Assembly (NCBI GenBank): GCA_020353515.1
Contig: CP070695.1
Coordinates: 4,721,414-4,785,413, forward strand
Length of the DNA: 64,000 nucleotides
Direction of reading: 5' to 3'
Source of the DNA: Candidatus Heimdallarchaeota archaeon
GTDB lineage: Archaea; Asgardarchaeota; Heimdallarchaeia; Hodarchaeales; Hodarchaeaceae
Positions 31,642-40,872 of this stretch are shown piece by piece. Position 1 is the first letter of the stretch, and each line of letters begins with the position of its first letter. A model generated the notes under the pieces. The model did not search any database. It was given only the letters and a program-made list of their open reading frames with translations, and had not been told where the DNA came from. The translations under genes were made by a program, and so were the position numbers.

Positions 31642-32394
31642 ATGGCGTTTTCTGAGGAAGATGTTGAAAAAATAGCTAATATTATTACAGATTCCAAGTA
31701 TTTTATTGTTTTTACTGGTGCAGGAATTTCTACAGAATCAGGATTACCAGACTATCGGGGACCTGAAGGGGTATGGACGCTCCGAGAAAAGGGTTTAAAA
31801 CCAAAGTTACCCAGGAAACCAATGCACCTCATTGTGCCAAATCCTAGTCATTTTGCGATTTTCGATCTCTACAAGCTCGGATTTTTGAAGTATTTAATTT
31901 CCCAGAATGTTGATAATCTTCATATAAAATCTGGAATCCCTATAGAGATCCTTGCCGAGCTCCACGGTAATTCAAATAGAATGAAATGTCTTACTTGCGA
32001 TACTCGTTTTCTAAAAAGTGAGATTGAGTGGGATGATTATATTCATGGGAAAGGATATCGTACAGAGATGCCACACTCAAATCAACCGAGGTGTCCTCAT
32101 TGTAATGGGAGAATAATTTCTTCTGTAGTTAATTTTAATGACCCGATGCCCGAGAAAGAGATGGAAGACTCTGAGAAGCACTCTAGAATGTGCGATGTTA
32201 TGTTAGTGGTTGGTTCTACTTTAAGTGTATTTCCAGCTGCTAATTTTCCTATTATTGCGAAAAATTCTGGTGCTATTTTAATAATAATTAACATGGGGGA
32301 TACGGAACTTGATAGATTAGCTGATATTCGTATAGAAGCCAAATCTGGAGAAATCTTACCACAGATAATTAATAAAGTAAAATTAATTAGCTAA
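31642..32394 (+). CDS. Sir2-family NAD-dependent protein deacylase (class IV/SIRT6-like motifs)
   Basis: GAGISTESGLPDYRGPEGVWT, SQNVDNLH, ELHGN, two CxxC motifs, VGSTLSVFPAA. Confidence 0.95.
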   Translation: MAFSEEDVEKIANIITDSKYFIVFTGAGISTESGLPDYRGPEGVWTLREKGLKPKLPRKPMHLIVPNPSHFAIFDLYKLGFLKYLISQNVDNLHIKSGIPIEILAELHGNSNRMKCLTCDTRFLKSEIEWDDYIHGKGYRTEMPHSNQPRCPHCNGRIISSVVNFNDPMPEKEMEDSEKHSRMCDVMLVVGSTLSVFPAANFPIIAKNSGAILIIINMGDTELDRLADIRIEAKSGEILPQIINKVKLIS

Positions 32395-35300
32395 AACCCT
32401 TTTCGATAATGTTAACATAACTAAAGGCCTTTATTTGGGTTATCAGATCCTTTACCAGTTTATCTTCCTTTAATAAAGCATAAAGTTTCTCGATAATCTC
32501 TAGGTTGTGTATTTCAAGAGTTTTCAGTTGATCTTTCTCCTCATTACTCAATTCCTCTCCAGAATTTTCTTTATAATGGAGCTTTTCCCACCTAGTAAAT
32601 TCTATGGAACTTATCATTCTCGATAGAAATTCTAGCAAAGAAACCCTTGATTGATGAATTGTATTTTCCCGAAATGATTCTTTGAGATAGAGTTCATATA
32701 CTAGTGAATCAACGATATGTGTCTCGAAATACGTAGTTATGTGCTGAAAACGTTTCTCTTTGGGTTTGATCGAGTGGAGGAAGAGAAGATACTCACATAA
32801 CTCAATAAATAAAGGTATAGCTTTGAAATCAGTAGGAATTGGAAAATAGCTTAATGGTTCTCCAAATAATTCAAGATGTTTCCCCTTCCTCTTTCCCATC
32901 CAAAAAAACCAAAAATATGCCAGTTTTGAGTTTAGGATTAACAGGAGGCTCTTTAACTTCCCTTTGTCGTTTTTATCATTTAAGATATAGTACACATCTT
33001 GAGCAGCGTACCAGTCAAACGAATTGTATGCAAATGTGTTCCTTAAGCTTCTTTGGGGAGTTATTATCTTTGGGGATGTGAAAATATCTTGAGTACGTGG
33101 CCTATTAATATATGGTGGATTATCCAATGATTCTTGTAATATTTCCCGAAATTTCTGTAGATGTCTCTTTATTTTGGGTAACATATCTAAGTTAACAGTG
33201 TTTCTGTTCAAGTAAAGAATACTCTTCTTTGTTTGGATGGCTGTATGATATCGGGATATGTCAGAATTCTTATAAAAATTCTTTAAATGGATTTTTTCTT
33301 CTTGAGAAAACGATTCAATTATATTTAGGTCACTAGGATTTTCTGAATTCAATATGAATACCCCTAATCCCATCCATTCATCGGATAACCTGTATTTTTT
33401 GATTTGTCGTCCTGTTATATTGTTGAGGCCTGTTACAATACCTTCCTTAACATAAAAACCACTTGTTTTCAACATTGATGAATTCTTAATAATCTGTTTA
33501 ATGATTAATCTAATTTGTTTAGGAAAAAAATGAAAATACCCATCCCAATCCTCAAAAATAAGCTCTTCTTGCTTCGTCATAAAAGTCCTTTGTGCATCTA
33601 ATTTTTTGATTAAATTCGTTACTTGAGGGTAAGTATTTTCAAAAAGGACACATTCGATATCATCATTCGTCTTTCTCGCTTTTTTGAATGTTATTAAGTT
33701 AATATGCACACCCTGAGCCGTGTCGAACACTTTATTCTCTTGAAAATTAATATATTTCATAATAAAGGTATCTGATAATATTCGAGTTCGTAATTTAGCA
33801 GCTCCTGTTGCTGTCACCCAATAACTGGAGGTTATAAATGATGAAAATGCATTTGGAAGCATTAAATCTAGACATCTCTGAAGAAAAAGATACCATAGAT
33901 CCATCTTTCCTTCATAGTATTCTGGTAACGCTTTAGCATATATTCTAAATAGCTCCTTATTCCCACTTTCACCTAAATAAGGTGGATTTGCAATTACAAT
34001 ATTAAAACCTCCCGCATTCAAGAATATTTCAGGGAATTCGTTTATCCAGTGGAACGTTTTTACTTTTTTAAGCTGAAACAAGTCTATTGGGTGATCCTCG
34101 GAGAATTTTTGATCTAGGATAGAATTTACTTGAGCTGTTATCCTAATCAGAAAATCTTGTAAAGATGAACTAAAATCCCCTGAGGAATGTATTATTCGAT
34201 TTATCTTTTCTTTTGTTCTTAAAACCTGATTTATACTTAATTCATCAATTTTATCCTGAAAAAAAATTAGATTGAGATTTTCTAGCTCTTTTTCTACCTG
34301 GCCTTCGATTTTTAAGACCTTATATGATTCTTTTATGTATTCTAGCAAATTAGTATCTATAGTCAAACTTTCTAAATTGGCTTTTGTATTGTTTTTCATT
34401 AAATATGATTCAAGTTTCAATTGTTTGGTTGATCTGTCCCTTTTGAACTGTATATATCCTAAAAGGGTATTCCCCTCCTTCAGATTCAGTTTAACTAAAG
34501 GGAGATCTTGTAGGAGATTTGAATGTTTGTTTAAATTCTTAATTAATAAAAGATATAATCTTGCCTTCGCAATTTTCAAGACATCAGGGTCTGTATCAAC
34601 ACCAAAAATGTTATTTGAAAGAATTGAGTGCATTACTGATAATTTAAAATCATCTTCGCTGGAAATCTCGAAAAAACGGTGTAAAGATGCATCATTCTCA
34701 TCCTTTAAAGTTTCAATTAGGATTTCTTTTTTAGAATCCCTCCAAATTCGCTTGTAAATCTCCATAAGTCTTTGAAGAACACTTTCTAATAGATGAGCAG
34801 AGCCAGCAGCAGGATCCAAGATTTTTAAATCTTGTAATTGAAATAGAAGGTATTTTACAATCCTTACATCATGAAATCTAATGATAGAGTTTATAGTTTT
34901 AAAGTTGGTATTAAATTTAGCATTCACTCTATCAAAGAGATACGAATCTATCGTAGTTTTGCAGATATACGAAGTAATTTTCTCTGGTGTGTAATAAGAT
35001 CCAAAGTTCTTTTTTTCTACCTGAGTAAAGAAATTCTCATAGATCCCACTAAGAACGAAACCATCAAAATTAACCAAATAATTTTCAAAAACATTTAACA
35101 AGGGGAAATCCCTTATTTTTCCCTTTGATGATAAATAATCTACTAATTGAAGACTAAATTTTTCATCATAGAAACACTCATCTGGGATAAATATTTCATT
35201 TAGATTATTCATGTAATCAAAAATGATAACTGGTTCAGGAATCACAATCTTTCCTAATGTTTTATTCTTAAAATACCTGTTTTTTTTGTTGAGATTAAGT

Positions 35301-35566
35301 TTCTTAAGGAAATAAATGATAAAATCAAAGTAATTGACAAACGAGGAATTCCCTGTGTTAATTTCTTTGAATTTTGTTAAAAAATAATTGCTGTCTCTAT
35401 TGAAAAACTTTCTTCTTTGGACAAACCACAAAAGCAGCATTTGTAGAAGAAAAGAATGAACAAATTCTTTCTTTATTGCTTCATCAAGAAATCCACTTGT
35501 ATTTTGGTGTAAATACTTCCAAATATTTCTGTAGAGAAGATAAAACTCTTCCATTGTAGATTTCAT
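32387..35566 (-). CDS. Large Eco57I/Type IIG-like N6-adenine DNA methyltransferase, no nuclease domain evident
   Basis: GSYYTP, ILDPAAGSA, IFGVD, GNTL, FHWINEFPEIF..GGFNIVIANPPY, TaqI_C-like LILNS. Confidence 0.9.
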   Translation of the reverse strand: MKSTMEEFYLLYRNIWKYLHQNTSGFLDEAIKKEFVHSFLLQMLLLWFVQRRKFFNRDSNYFLTKFKEINTGNSSFVNYFDFIIYFLKKLNLNKKNRYFKNKTLGKIVIPEPVIIFDYMNNLNEIFIPDECFYDEKFSLQLVDYLSSKGKIRDFPLLNVFENYLVNFDGFVLSGIYENFFTQVEKKNFGSYYTPEKITSYICKTTIDSYLFDRVNAKFNTNFKTINSIIRFHDVRIVKYLLFQLQDLKILDPAAGSAHLLESVLQRLMEIYKRIWRDSKKEILIETLKDENDASLHRFFEISSEDDFKLSVMHSILSNNIFGVDTDPDVLKIAKARLYLLLIKNLNKHSNLLQDLPLVKLNLKEGNTLLGYIQFKRDRSTKQLKLESYLMKNNTKANLESLTIDTNLLEYIKESYKVLKIEGQVEKELENLNLIFFQDKIDELSINQVLRTKEKINRIIHSSGDFSSSLQDFLIRITAQVNSILDQKFSEDHPIDLFQLKKVKTFHWINEFPEIFLNAGGFNIVIANPPYLGESGNKELFRIYAKALPEYYEGKMDLWYLFLQRCLDLMLPNAFSSFITSSYWVTATGAAKLRTRILSDTFIMKYINFQENKVFDTAQGVHINLITFKKARKTNDDIECVLFENTYPQVTNLIKKLDAQRTFMTKQEELIFEDWDGYFHFFPKQIRLIIKQIIKNSSMLKTSGFYVKEGIVTGLNNITGRQIKKYRLSDEWMGLGVFILNSENPSDLNIIESFSQEEKIHLKNFYKNSDISRYHTAIQTKKSILYLNRNTVNLDMLPKIKRHLQKFREILQESLDNPPYINRPRTQDIFTSPKIITPQRSLRNTFAYNSFDWYAAQDVYYILNDKNDKGKLKSLLLILNSKLAYFWFFWMGKRKGKHLELFGEPLSYFPIPTDFKAIPLFIELCEYLLFLHSIKPKEKRFQHITTYFETHIVDSLVYELYLKESFRENTIHQSRVSLLEFLSRMISSIEFTRWEKLHYKENSGEELSNEEKDQLKTLEIHNLEIIEKLYALLKEDKLVKDLITQIKAFSYVNIIEKGFS

Positions 35567-35805
35567 TACTTTAAACTCTTAGAACACCCAGAGAGGGTTA
35601 TATATCAAAGAAAAAGAGTGATTCACCCTTGCATGAAGAAAAAATATACATGACTTATGAGAGTATTCTCTATTTCTAACTTATCAAGATAACTAGAATT
35701 CAATAAACAGAAAGCTCACTAGAAGAAGAATTAATATCAAGCAAAAGATAGAAGGGGTGCCTGAAAAACACCCTCAGTGGAAAGATATTCTGTTACTGTT
35801 ATTCC

Positions 35806-36174
35806 TTATTTGAATAGAGCTGCCATTCGAGAAACTTCAGCATGGATGTTCAAGGGAGGGATCTGTACATCTCCTGGGGTCCAAGTCAAGAAATAATACC
35901 CATTTGGAGCACGTGCTACTACTATAATACCTGCACCTCCAACATTTCGAGCTACTAAATATCCAGTATCCCATTCATTCATAATAGTAGAAAAACGGGT
36001 TCCTGCGATAGTAACTCCTGGTTCTTTATTTTTCCAAGCATTCAATACACTAGCACCATTTACTTGCCAATCAGGTTGATTGGTCCAGTACGTCCCGCCA
36101 TTAGCATCAAGAATCGTTACAATTGACACATAACCATTTTGAATTAAAGAATTCATAGTATCTTGGTATGACAT
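35806..36174 (-). CDS. Profilin (Asgard eukaryotic signature protein)
   Basis: 122 aa; MSYQ..MNSL...G.V....ILD.NG..YW, GVTIAGTRF, LVARNVGGAGIIVV match the profilin pattern. Confidence 0.8.
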   Translation of the reverse strand: MSYQDTMNSLIQNGYVSIVTILDANGGTYWTNQPDWQVNGASVLNAWKNKEPGVTIAGTRFSTIMNEWDTGYLVARNVGGAGIIVVARAPNGYYFLTWTPGDVQIPPLNIHAEVSRMAALFK

Positions 36175-36402
36175 AGTTCCAACCTCGAATTAAAACGTCC
36201 TTACATAGTAATATTAAATACGAAAGAAGTAATTATGACCTTTGATATATATGTTTGCATAATTAAAAGTAATGGAAAAACACTTTGATATTGTCACTCT
36301 ACTTTACAATAACATAATCTAAGATAATCAAACGAGAATAAGATGTTAATGACAAATGTTATTTATTCATGAGATTTAAATTAAAATAAATTACAAAATG
36401 TT

Positions 36403-37680
36403 ATGTTAAAGAGTAATAATTCTGAAGTATCTAGAGGAGAGATTCCAGTTATGACAGTAATTGAGAAATGTGAGCTTATTTGGAGAGGGAAAAAAGATAG
36501 AAAAGGAAAACCTATTGACAAACCGCGTACATTAAAAGTTATCCAATCAATCCACACACCAAGGTTTGCGAAGACCTGGAGAAACAAACTCGCAACTGGA
36601 GATAACATATTTGTCATTAAATCTCTTCTAAAAGACTTTACAGGTAAAATTAATCTTGTATATATTGACCCACCATTTGGGTCAGGAACAACATACAAAC
36701 TGAGTCTTAAAGTTGGAAAAACCCAAGAGAAAACTTACAAGAAATCTTCAAATACGATAAAAAATGGTTTTAACGATATTTGGGGGGAAACTAGTTTAGA
36801 TAGTTATTTAACTTTTATGTTTGAAAGATTGGTTTTAATACATGAACTATTAGCTACTACTGGATCGATATTCGTTCATTTAGACTGGCATACTGTACAT
36901 TATGTCAAAGTGATCATGGATGAAATTTTTGGGCGTAAAAACTTCAGAGGAGATATAATTTGGCAACGAACCCCTGGGCACCATTTATCATCAACGATGG
37001 ATGTAATGACTGATGTTATCCTCTGGTACAGTAAAACCGATAATCTGTTGTACCATCAACAATACCAATACTTGACTGATGAGGAATTAAATGAGAAGTT
37101 TCCTTACACTGAGGCTGAAACAGGACGTCGTTTTACGCATGAAAAACTCGAACAGAGTGCGAATGCATACAGCATTGGGGAAAAAAGGATAATTGATGGC
37201 AGGGTGGTTACAACAAAGCTGGGCTGGCGATGGACACAAGAAACATTTGATAGAAGAATAAAAGAAAATCCTTATTTGATTTTTTGGACAAGTAAAGGAA
37301 GACCACGGTACAAACGCTATGCTGACGAATACTTAGGGAGAAAAATCGGTAACCTCTGGACTGATATTCAGTCCCTTGCGTCAAATGATAAAGAAAGGAT
37401 AGGTTATCCAACCCAAAAACCTGAAGCTTTACTCAAAAGAATAATAAAAATGACTACCAATGAAGGAGATCTTGTTGTTGATTTCTTTTGTGGATCTGGA
37501 ACCACTTTAACAGTAGCAGAAAAATTAAATAGACGATGGATGGGTGTTGATTCCTCAGAATATGCCATAGAACTAACGAGAAAACGATTATTAACACTTA
37601 AAGGATCCAAAGACTTGCTTGTTGAAGGATTGTGTTATGAAAAAGAAACCAATCCTTTCGAAATATTGACTCTTGATTAA
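36403..37680 (+). CDS. Beta-class site-specific DNA methyltransferase (Mod-like)
   Basis: LVYIDPPF, GSIFVHLD, YPTQKPEALL, DFFCGSGTT. Confidence 0.93.
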   Translation: MLKSNNSEVSRGEIPVMTVIEKCELIWRGKKDRKGKPIDKPRTLKVIQSIHTPRFAKTWRNKLATGDNIFVIKSLLKDFTGKINLVYIDPPFGSGTTYKLSLKVGKTQEKTYKKSSNTIKNGFNDIWGETSLDSYLTFMFERLVLIHELLATTGSIFVHLDWHTVHYVKVIMDEIFGRKNFRGDIIWQRTPGHHLSSTMDVMTDVILWYSKTDNLLYHQQYQYLTDEELNEKFPYTEAETGRRFTHEKLEQSANAYSIGEKRIIDGRVVTTKLGWRWTQETFDRRIKENPYLIFWTSKGRPRYKRYADEYLGRKIGNLWTDIQSLASNDKERIGYPTQKPEALLKRIIKMTTNEGDLVVDFFCGSGTTLTVAEKLNRRWMGVDSSEYAIELTRKRLLTLKGSKDLLVEGLCYEKETNPFEILTLD

Positions 37681-37720
37681 TAGAGATAATAAAATGCTTT
37701 ACTACTAATATTAAGTATTT

Positions 37721-38242
37721 TTACGTAATTGAAAACGGAGCCTCCCATGTATCTTGTATTCGTCCAACAAGATGAACTGGGAGGGACAAAGGGCCAAGGT
37801 GAAAATCCAACCTAATGTCAAAATCAAGAACTAGATATGCATCTACGACTGCAAGTAGAGGAATCCAAGAAGAAACATTTACATTAAGCACAATCTGCAC
37901 AAAATCATTCGGATTTATCGTCTGAATTTCTTCTGACACATTCACTAAAGTTGTATCAGGAAATAAACCAAAATTTTCAATACTCACTACAGATAACGAG
38001 ACATCAATATTACCATTCTTTAACGAAGCTAGAGAATGGTTACTAATATTAAAGGGAATTGTGATATCAATGAAACCACTATAATTTGTCCCATTTCGAG
38101 AAAGATTAGGATGGATTTCAGGTTGAGGAGGGAGTTCCACACGAACTTGTTGAGCAGAGAAAAAAGTAAGAAGTGCAATGGAGGTGATGAGTATAGTCAT
38201 TAAGACAGGTACAATTAGGGGCTTTTTAGAGCGATTGGTCAC
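37721..38242 (-). CDS. Membrane-anchored beta-rich hypothetical protein (LEA_2-like)
   Basis: N-terminal TM helix, then a beta-strand-rich region (ITIPFNISNHS). Confidence 0.6.
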   Translation of the reverse strand: MTNRSKKPLIVPVLMTILITSIALLTFFSAQQVRVELPPQPEIHPNLSRNGTNYSGFIDITIPFNISNHSLASLKNGNIDVSLSVVSIENFGLFPDTTLVNVSEEIQTINPNDFVQIVLNVNVSSWIPLLAVVDAYLVLDFDIRLDFHLGPLSLPVHLVGRIQDTWEAPFSIT

Positions 38243-38448
38243 TGTTTTGACATCCAGAGGTATGCTACAGCCAAGCTGGAAGTTAGAACCATGAATACCA
38301 GTAGTACCATCATTAAATTGCTTCCTACCTCGAAAATATATGTCCCACCCGTTCTACTTCCAAGAAATATTCCCAAAATTGTAGATCCTGTCATTATTGC
38401 AGTAATTTTACCAACATCTAACAGATTTTGATTATCCATATAGTTCAC
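38239..38448 (-). CDS. Small two-TM membrane protein
   Basis: Two hydrophobic segments; 4-nt overlap with the next gene. Confidence 0.55.
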   Translation of the reverse strand: MNYMDNQNLLDVGKITAIMTGSTILGIFLGSRTGGTYIFEVGSNLMMVLLVFMVLTSSLAVAYLWMSKQ

Positions 38449-38547
38449 GCTAGAAATCTATCTGATTATCATTTGATAACAAAAGGTATATAAAGGTTGC
38501 TGAATAATTACTTCATGAAAACTCATCAAGAGATTAATTAGAAATCA

Positions 38548-38787
38548 ATGGTAATAATCATGTCTCGAACTCCAAACTCAGATAAATCTACTCTGGAAGA
38601 CGAAGCTTCCATTAAAAGGAAGGAAAAGGCTAAAACAATTCTATTACGTGTTTCAGACCCTCTTTATGATTCTATTAAAAAAGCTATTGACTTAGGAATA
38701 GCTGACAATGCTTCAGAATTCGTTCGAAGATGTGTTGTTAATCAACTCTTAGATTTAAGACTTCTAGGTATCGAAGAAAGAGATTAA
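38548..38787 (+). CDS. Ribbon-helix-helix (CopG-like) DNA-binding protein
   Basis: KTILLRVSDPLYDSIKKAIDLGIADNASEFVRRCV. Confidence 0.75.
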   Translation: MVIIMSRTPNSDKSTLEDEASIKRKEKAKTILLRVSDPLYDSIKKAIDLGIADNASEFVRRCVVNQLLDLRLLGIEERD

Positions 38788-38788
38788 T

Positions 38789-39574
38789 CTAAATTTTTCT
38801 GGCAATCCCAAAAAAGACTGGCATAAATGAAAATCGGTCAGCAGGGCTGTATGTTTCAAGAATATACTTTAGTTTTGCTAATTTAGCACTATTTTCTCCA
38901 AGAAAATGAGCCAATTTATCGAATTCGGCCTTGTATAAATCCATCACAATATCTGGAGAGAGTACAGATGATTGAAGACCCACTTCTACTTGGAGATCGG
39001 CTTTATGAAAAAGTGAACGCAATTTCCGCCCAATATAGGGATCATGAGCAGATAACGATTCTAACAGGAGCTCTTCCCATTGTTCACTAGCAGGATAATC
39101 AAGACGTCCTCCATAATCAGGCTCAGCTAAACACGCTATCCATCCCCCTATGCGAGTTACTCGTCTCATTTCCTTTAATACGGCAAGTGGCTCCTTTACC
39201 CACATTAGGAAATAATTACACAGAGTAATATCGAAATTATTATCTGAAAATGGTAATAATTCTCCATTTCCGCAGATACTATTAGGACTAAGGGATTCTA
39301 CTTGAGAAAATTTTAATGCAAACAAATTCCAATCAAGGCCCACAAGTCGTGCTCTCGGATTTATCGTCTGGATTTCCCTCAGTATTGCACCTGTTCCTGA
39401 ACCCACTTCAAGGATGGTTTTTGCATGGAATAATTCCATTTTGCGATATAATCGTTTTCTGGTTGATACGGTCCACTCCATTTGATCCTCATACATTTCA
39501 TTGAAATAATGAGCATCTTCTTCTGAATTTATCCGATCTTTCACGATTAATCGTTGGCCTGGCTCTCGGGACAT
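38789..39574 (-). CDS. Class I SAM-dependent methyltransferase
   Basis: ILEVGSGTG, GLD, LPFSDNNFD, EMRRVTRIGGWI, EPDYGG. Confidence 0.9.
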   Translation of the reverse strand: MSREPGQRLIVKDRINSEEDAHYFNEMYEDQMEWTVSTRKRLYRKMELFHAKTILEVGSGTGAILREIQTINPRARLVGLDWNLFALKFSQVESLSPNSICGNGELLPFSDNNFDITLCNYFLMWVKEPLAVLKEMRRVTRIGGWIACLAEPDYGGRLDYPASEQWEELLLESLSAHDPYIGRKLRSLFHKADLQVEVGLQSSVLSPDIVMDLYKAEFDKLAHFLGENSAKLAKLKYILETYSPADRFSFMPVFFGIARKI

Positions 39575-40872
39575 ATGTATTCCTCACGATAGAAACTTAG
39601 AGGACAGCCACCACCACAAATATCAAGTTGGTTACAATCCTTACACTCTTCGGGGACGTTCGTATGAGTTCGCAGTTCTTGTGATAATGGATTATTCCAT
39701 ATTTTCTCCCAGCTATCATTCAAAATATGCCCTAGTCCCTTGTAGTAACTCTGACAGGGAATCACAGTTCCATTGGGTTCAATGGCCATTGCTAATTGTG
39801 AGGCAGAACATCTCTTTACTCCAAGTCCTAGGTTATTCGGATCAAGTTCACAGTACCGAGTAGGAGTGTACCAAATAAAGTTCATGTTACATTCATCAGC
39901 TACATCCTGAATTGTTTCAAGAATGGGAATCAATTCACTCTCAGTGAAAGCTATCTGTGACATATTTTTTCCTTTTCCTGCATATATAATTGAATTACAG
40001 GCGAATTGTTCAACACCAAGGGTAGAAAGAAACTCAATTGTCTCTGCTATTTGAGGGCTATTCAATCGAGTTAACGTGGTGTTTGTAAGAGTATAAATTG
40101 GTGTATCAATTGCATTTTTTATTCCTTCAACTGTTTCAGCCCATGCTTGGTCATTTCCTACCATTTGATTATGAATCCTTTCATCTACACTTTCAAATGT
40201 AATCTGAATATGATCTAATCCGTTAATGACCAATTTATCAACATATTCTGCTTCCTTTAGATTTCTTCCATTTGTGATAAGTCCAGTAACTATACCAATA
40301 TTCTCTGCATGGTCTATTAAATCAGGTAGATCAGGACGTAATGTGGGTTCTCCTCCTGTAAAAGTCACATGAGGAATAGAAACCTCCCAAAGTCGATCTA
40401 AGATAGACTTCCAAGTGTTTGTATCCAATTCACTTGCATTAAGAGAGTCTGGTTGGTTATAACAATGTTCACATTTGTTGTTACAGCGGTAGGTGAGAGC
40501 TAGATCCATTCGTAACGGAGCACTTAGTTGTAAATCCGTTAAATTCGATTCTTCCACCTGTAAGGAATGTATTGGGCAAATATCGTCTGTTGTTGATAAT
40601 GTATGAATCATCTCTTTTAAAGACTGTAGATCAGTATTAGCTTGCTGTTCACTGACACGATACAGACTCCTTAGCTCTTTAACAATTTCTAAATCAGGTC
40701 TCCCTTTTAGGATTCTTTCTACAAAAAAGGTTGCAGTAGGATTGAGATTTAGTATTCTCGACGCGTTGATAATTAAGAGACCACTATCTCCCTGGCGTCG
40801 AAGGTGTAAGCGGATATCTCCATCTTCTCCTTCTCTTAAGTGTACTAATTCAGCATTTTCTGTCCGTTTCAT
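39547..40872 (-). CDS. Radical SAM/SPASM enzyme with N-terminal PqqD/RRE domain
   Basis: RRE-like LNPTATFF...EIVKELRSLYRVSEQQANTDL; CNNKCEHC; TGGEP; SPASM CSAS...G.VIPC...CKDC....ICGGGC; ATG 40872 overlaps the upstream stop (TAATG). Confidence 0.93.
   Translation of the reverse strand: MKRTENAELVHLREGEDGDIRLHLRRQGDSGLLIINASRILNLNPTATFFVERILKGRPDLEIVKELRSLYRVSEQQANTDLQSLKEMIHTLSTTDDICPIHSLQVEESNLTDLQLSAPLRMDLALTYRCNNKCEHCYNQPDSLNASELDTNTWKSILDRLWEVSIPHVTFTGGEPTLRPDLPDLIDHAENIGIVTGLITNGRNLKEAEYVDKLVINGLDHIQITFESVDERIHNQMVGNDQAWAETVEGIKNAIDTPIYTLTNTTLTRLNSPQIAETIEFLSTLGVEQFACNSIIYAGKGKNMSQIAFTESELIPILETIQDVADECNMNFIWYTPTRYCELDPNNLGLGVKRCSASQLAMAIEPNGTVIPCQSYYKGLGHILNDSWEKIWNNPLSQELRTHTNVPEECKDCNQLDICGGGCPLSFYREEYICPESQAND

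Noticed and set aside
34272-34757. 161-aa plus-strand ORF and the other short antisense ORFs in the track
   Set aside because: They lie opposite well-supported genes and have no motifs; treated as shadow ORFs
31642-35566. Sir2 + MTase as an anti-phage defence pair
   Set aside because: The sirtuin is a canonical Zn-binding deacylase rather than a SIR2_2 NADase effector, and the genes are convergent
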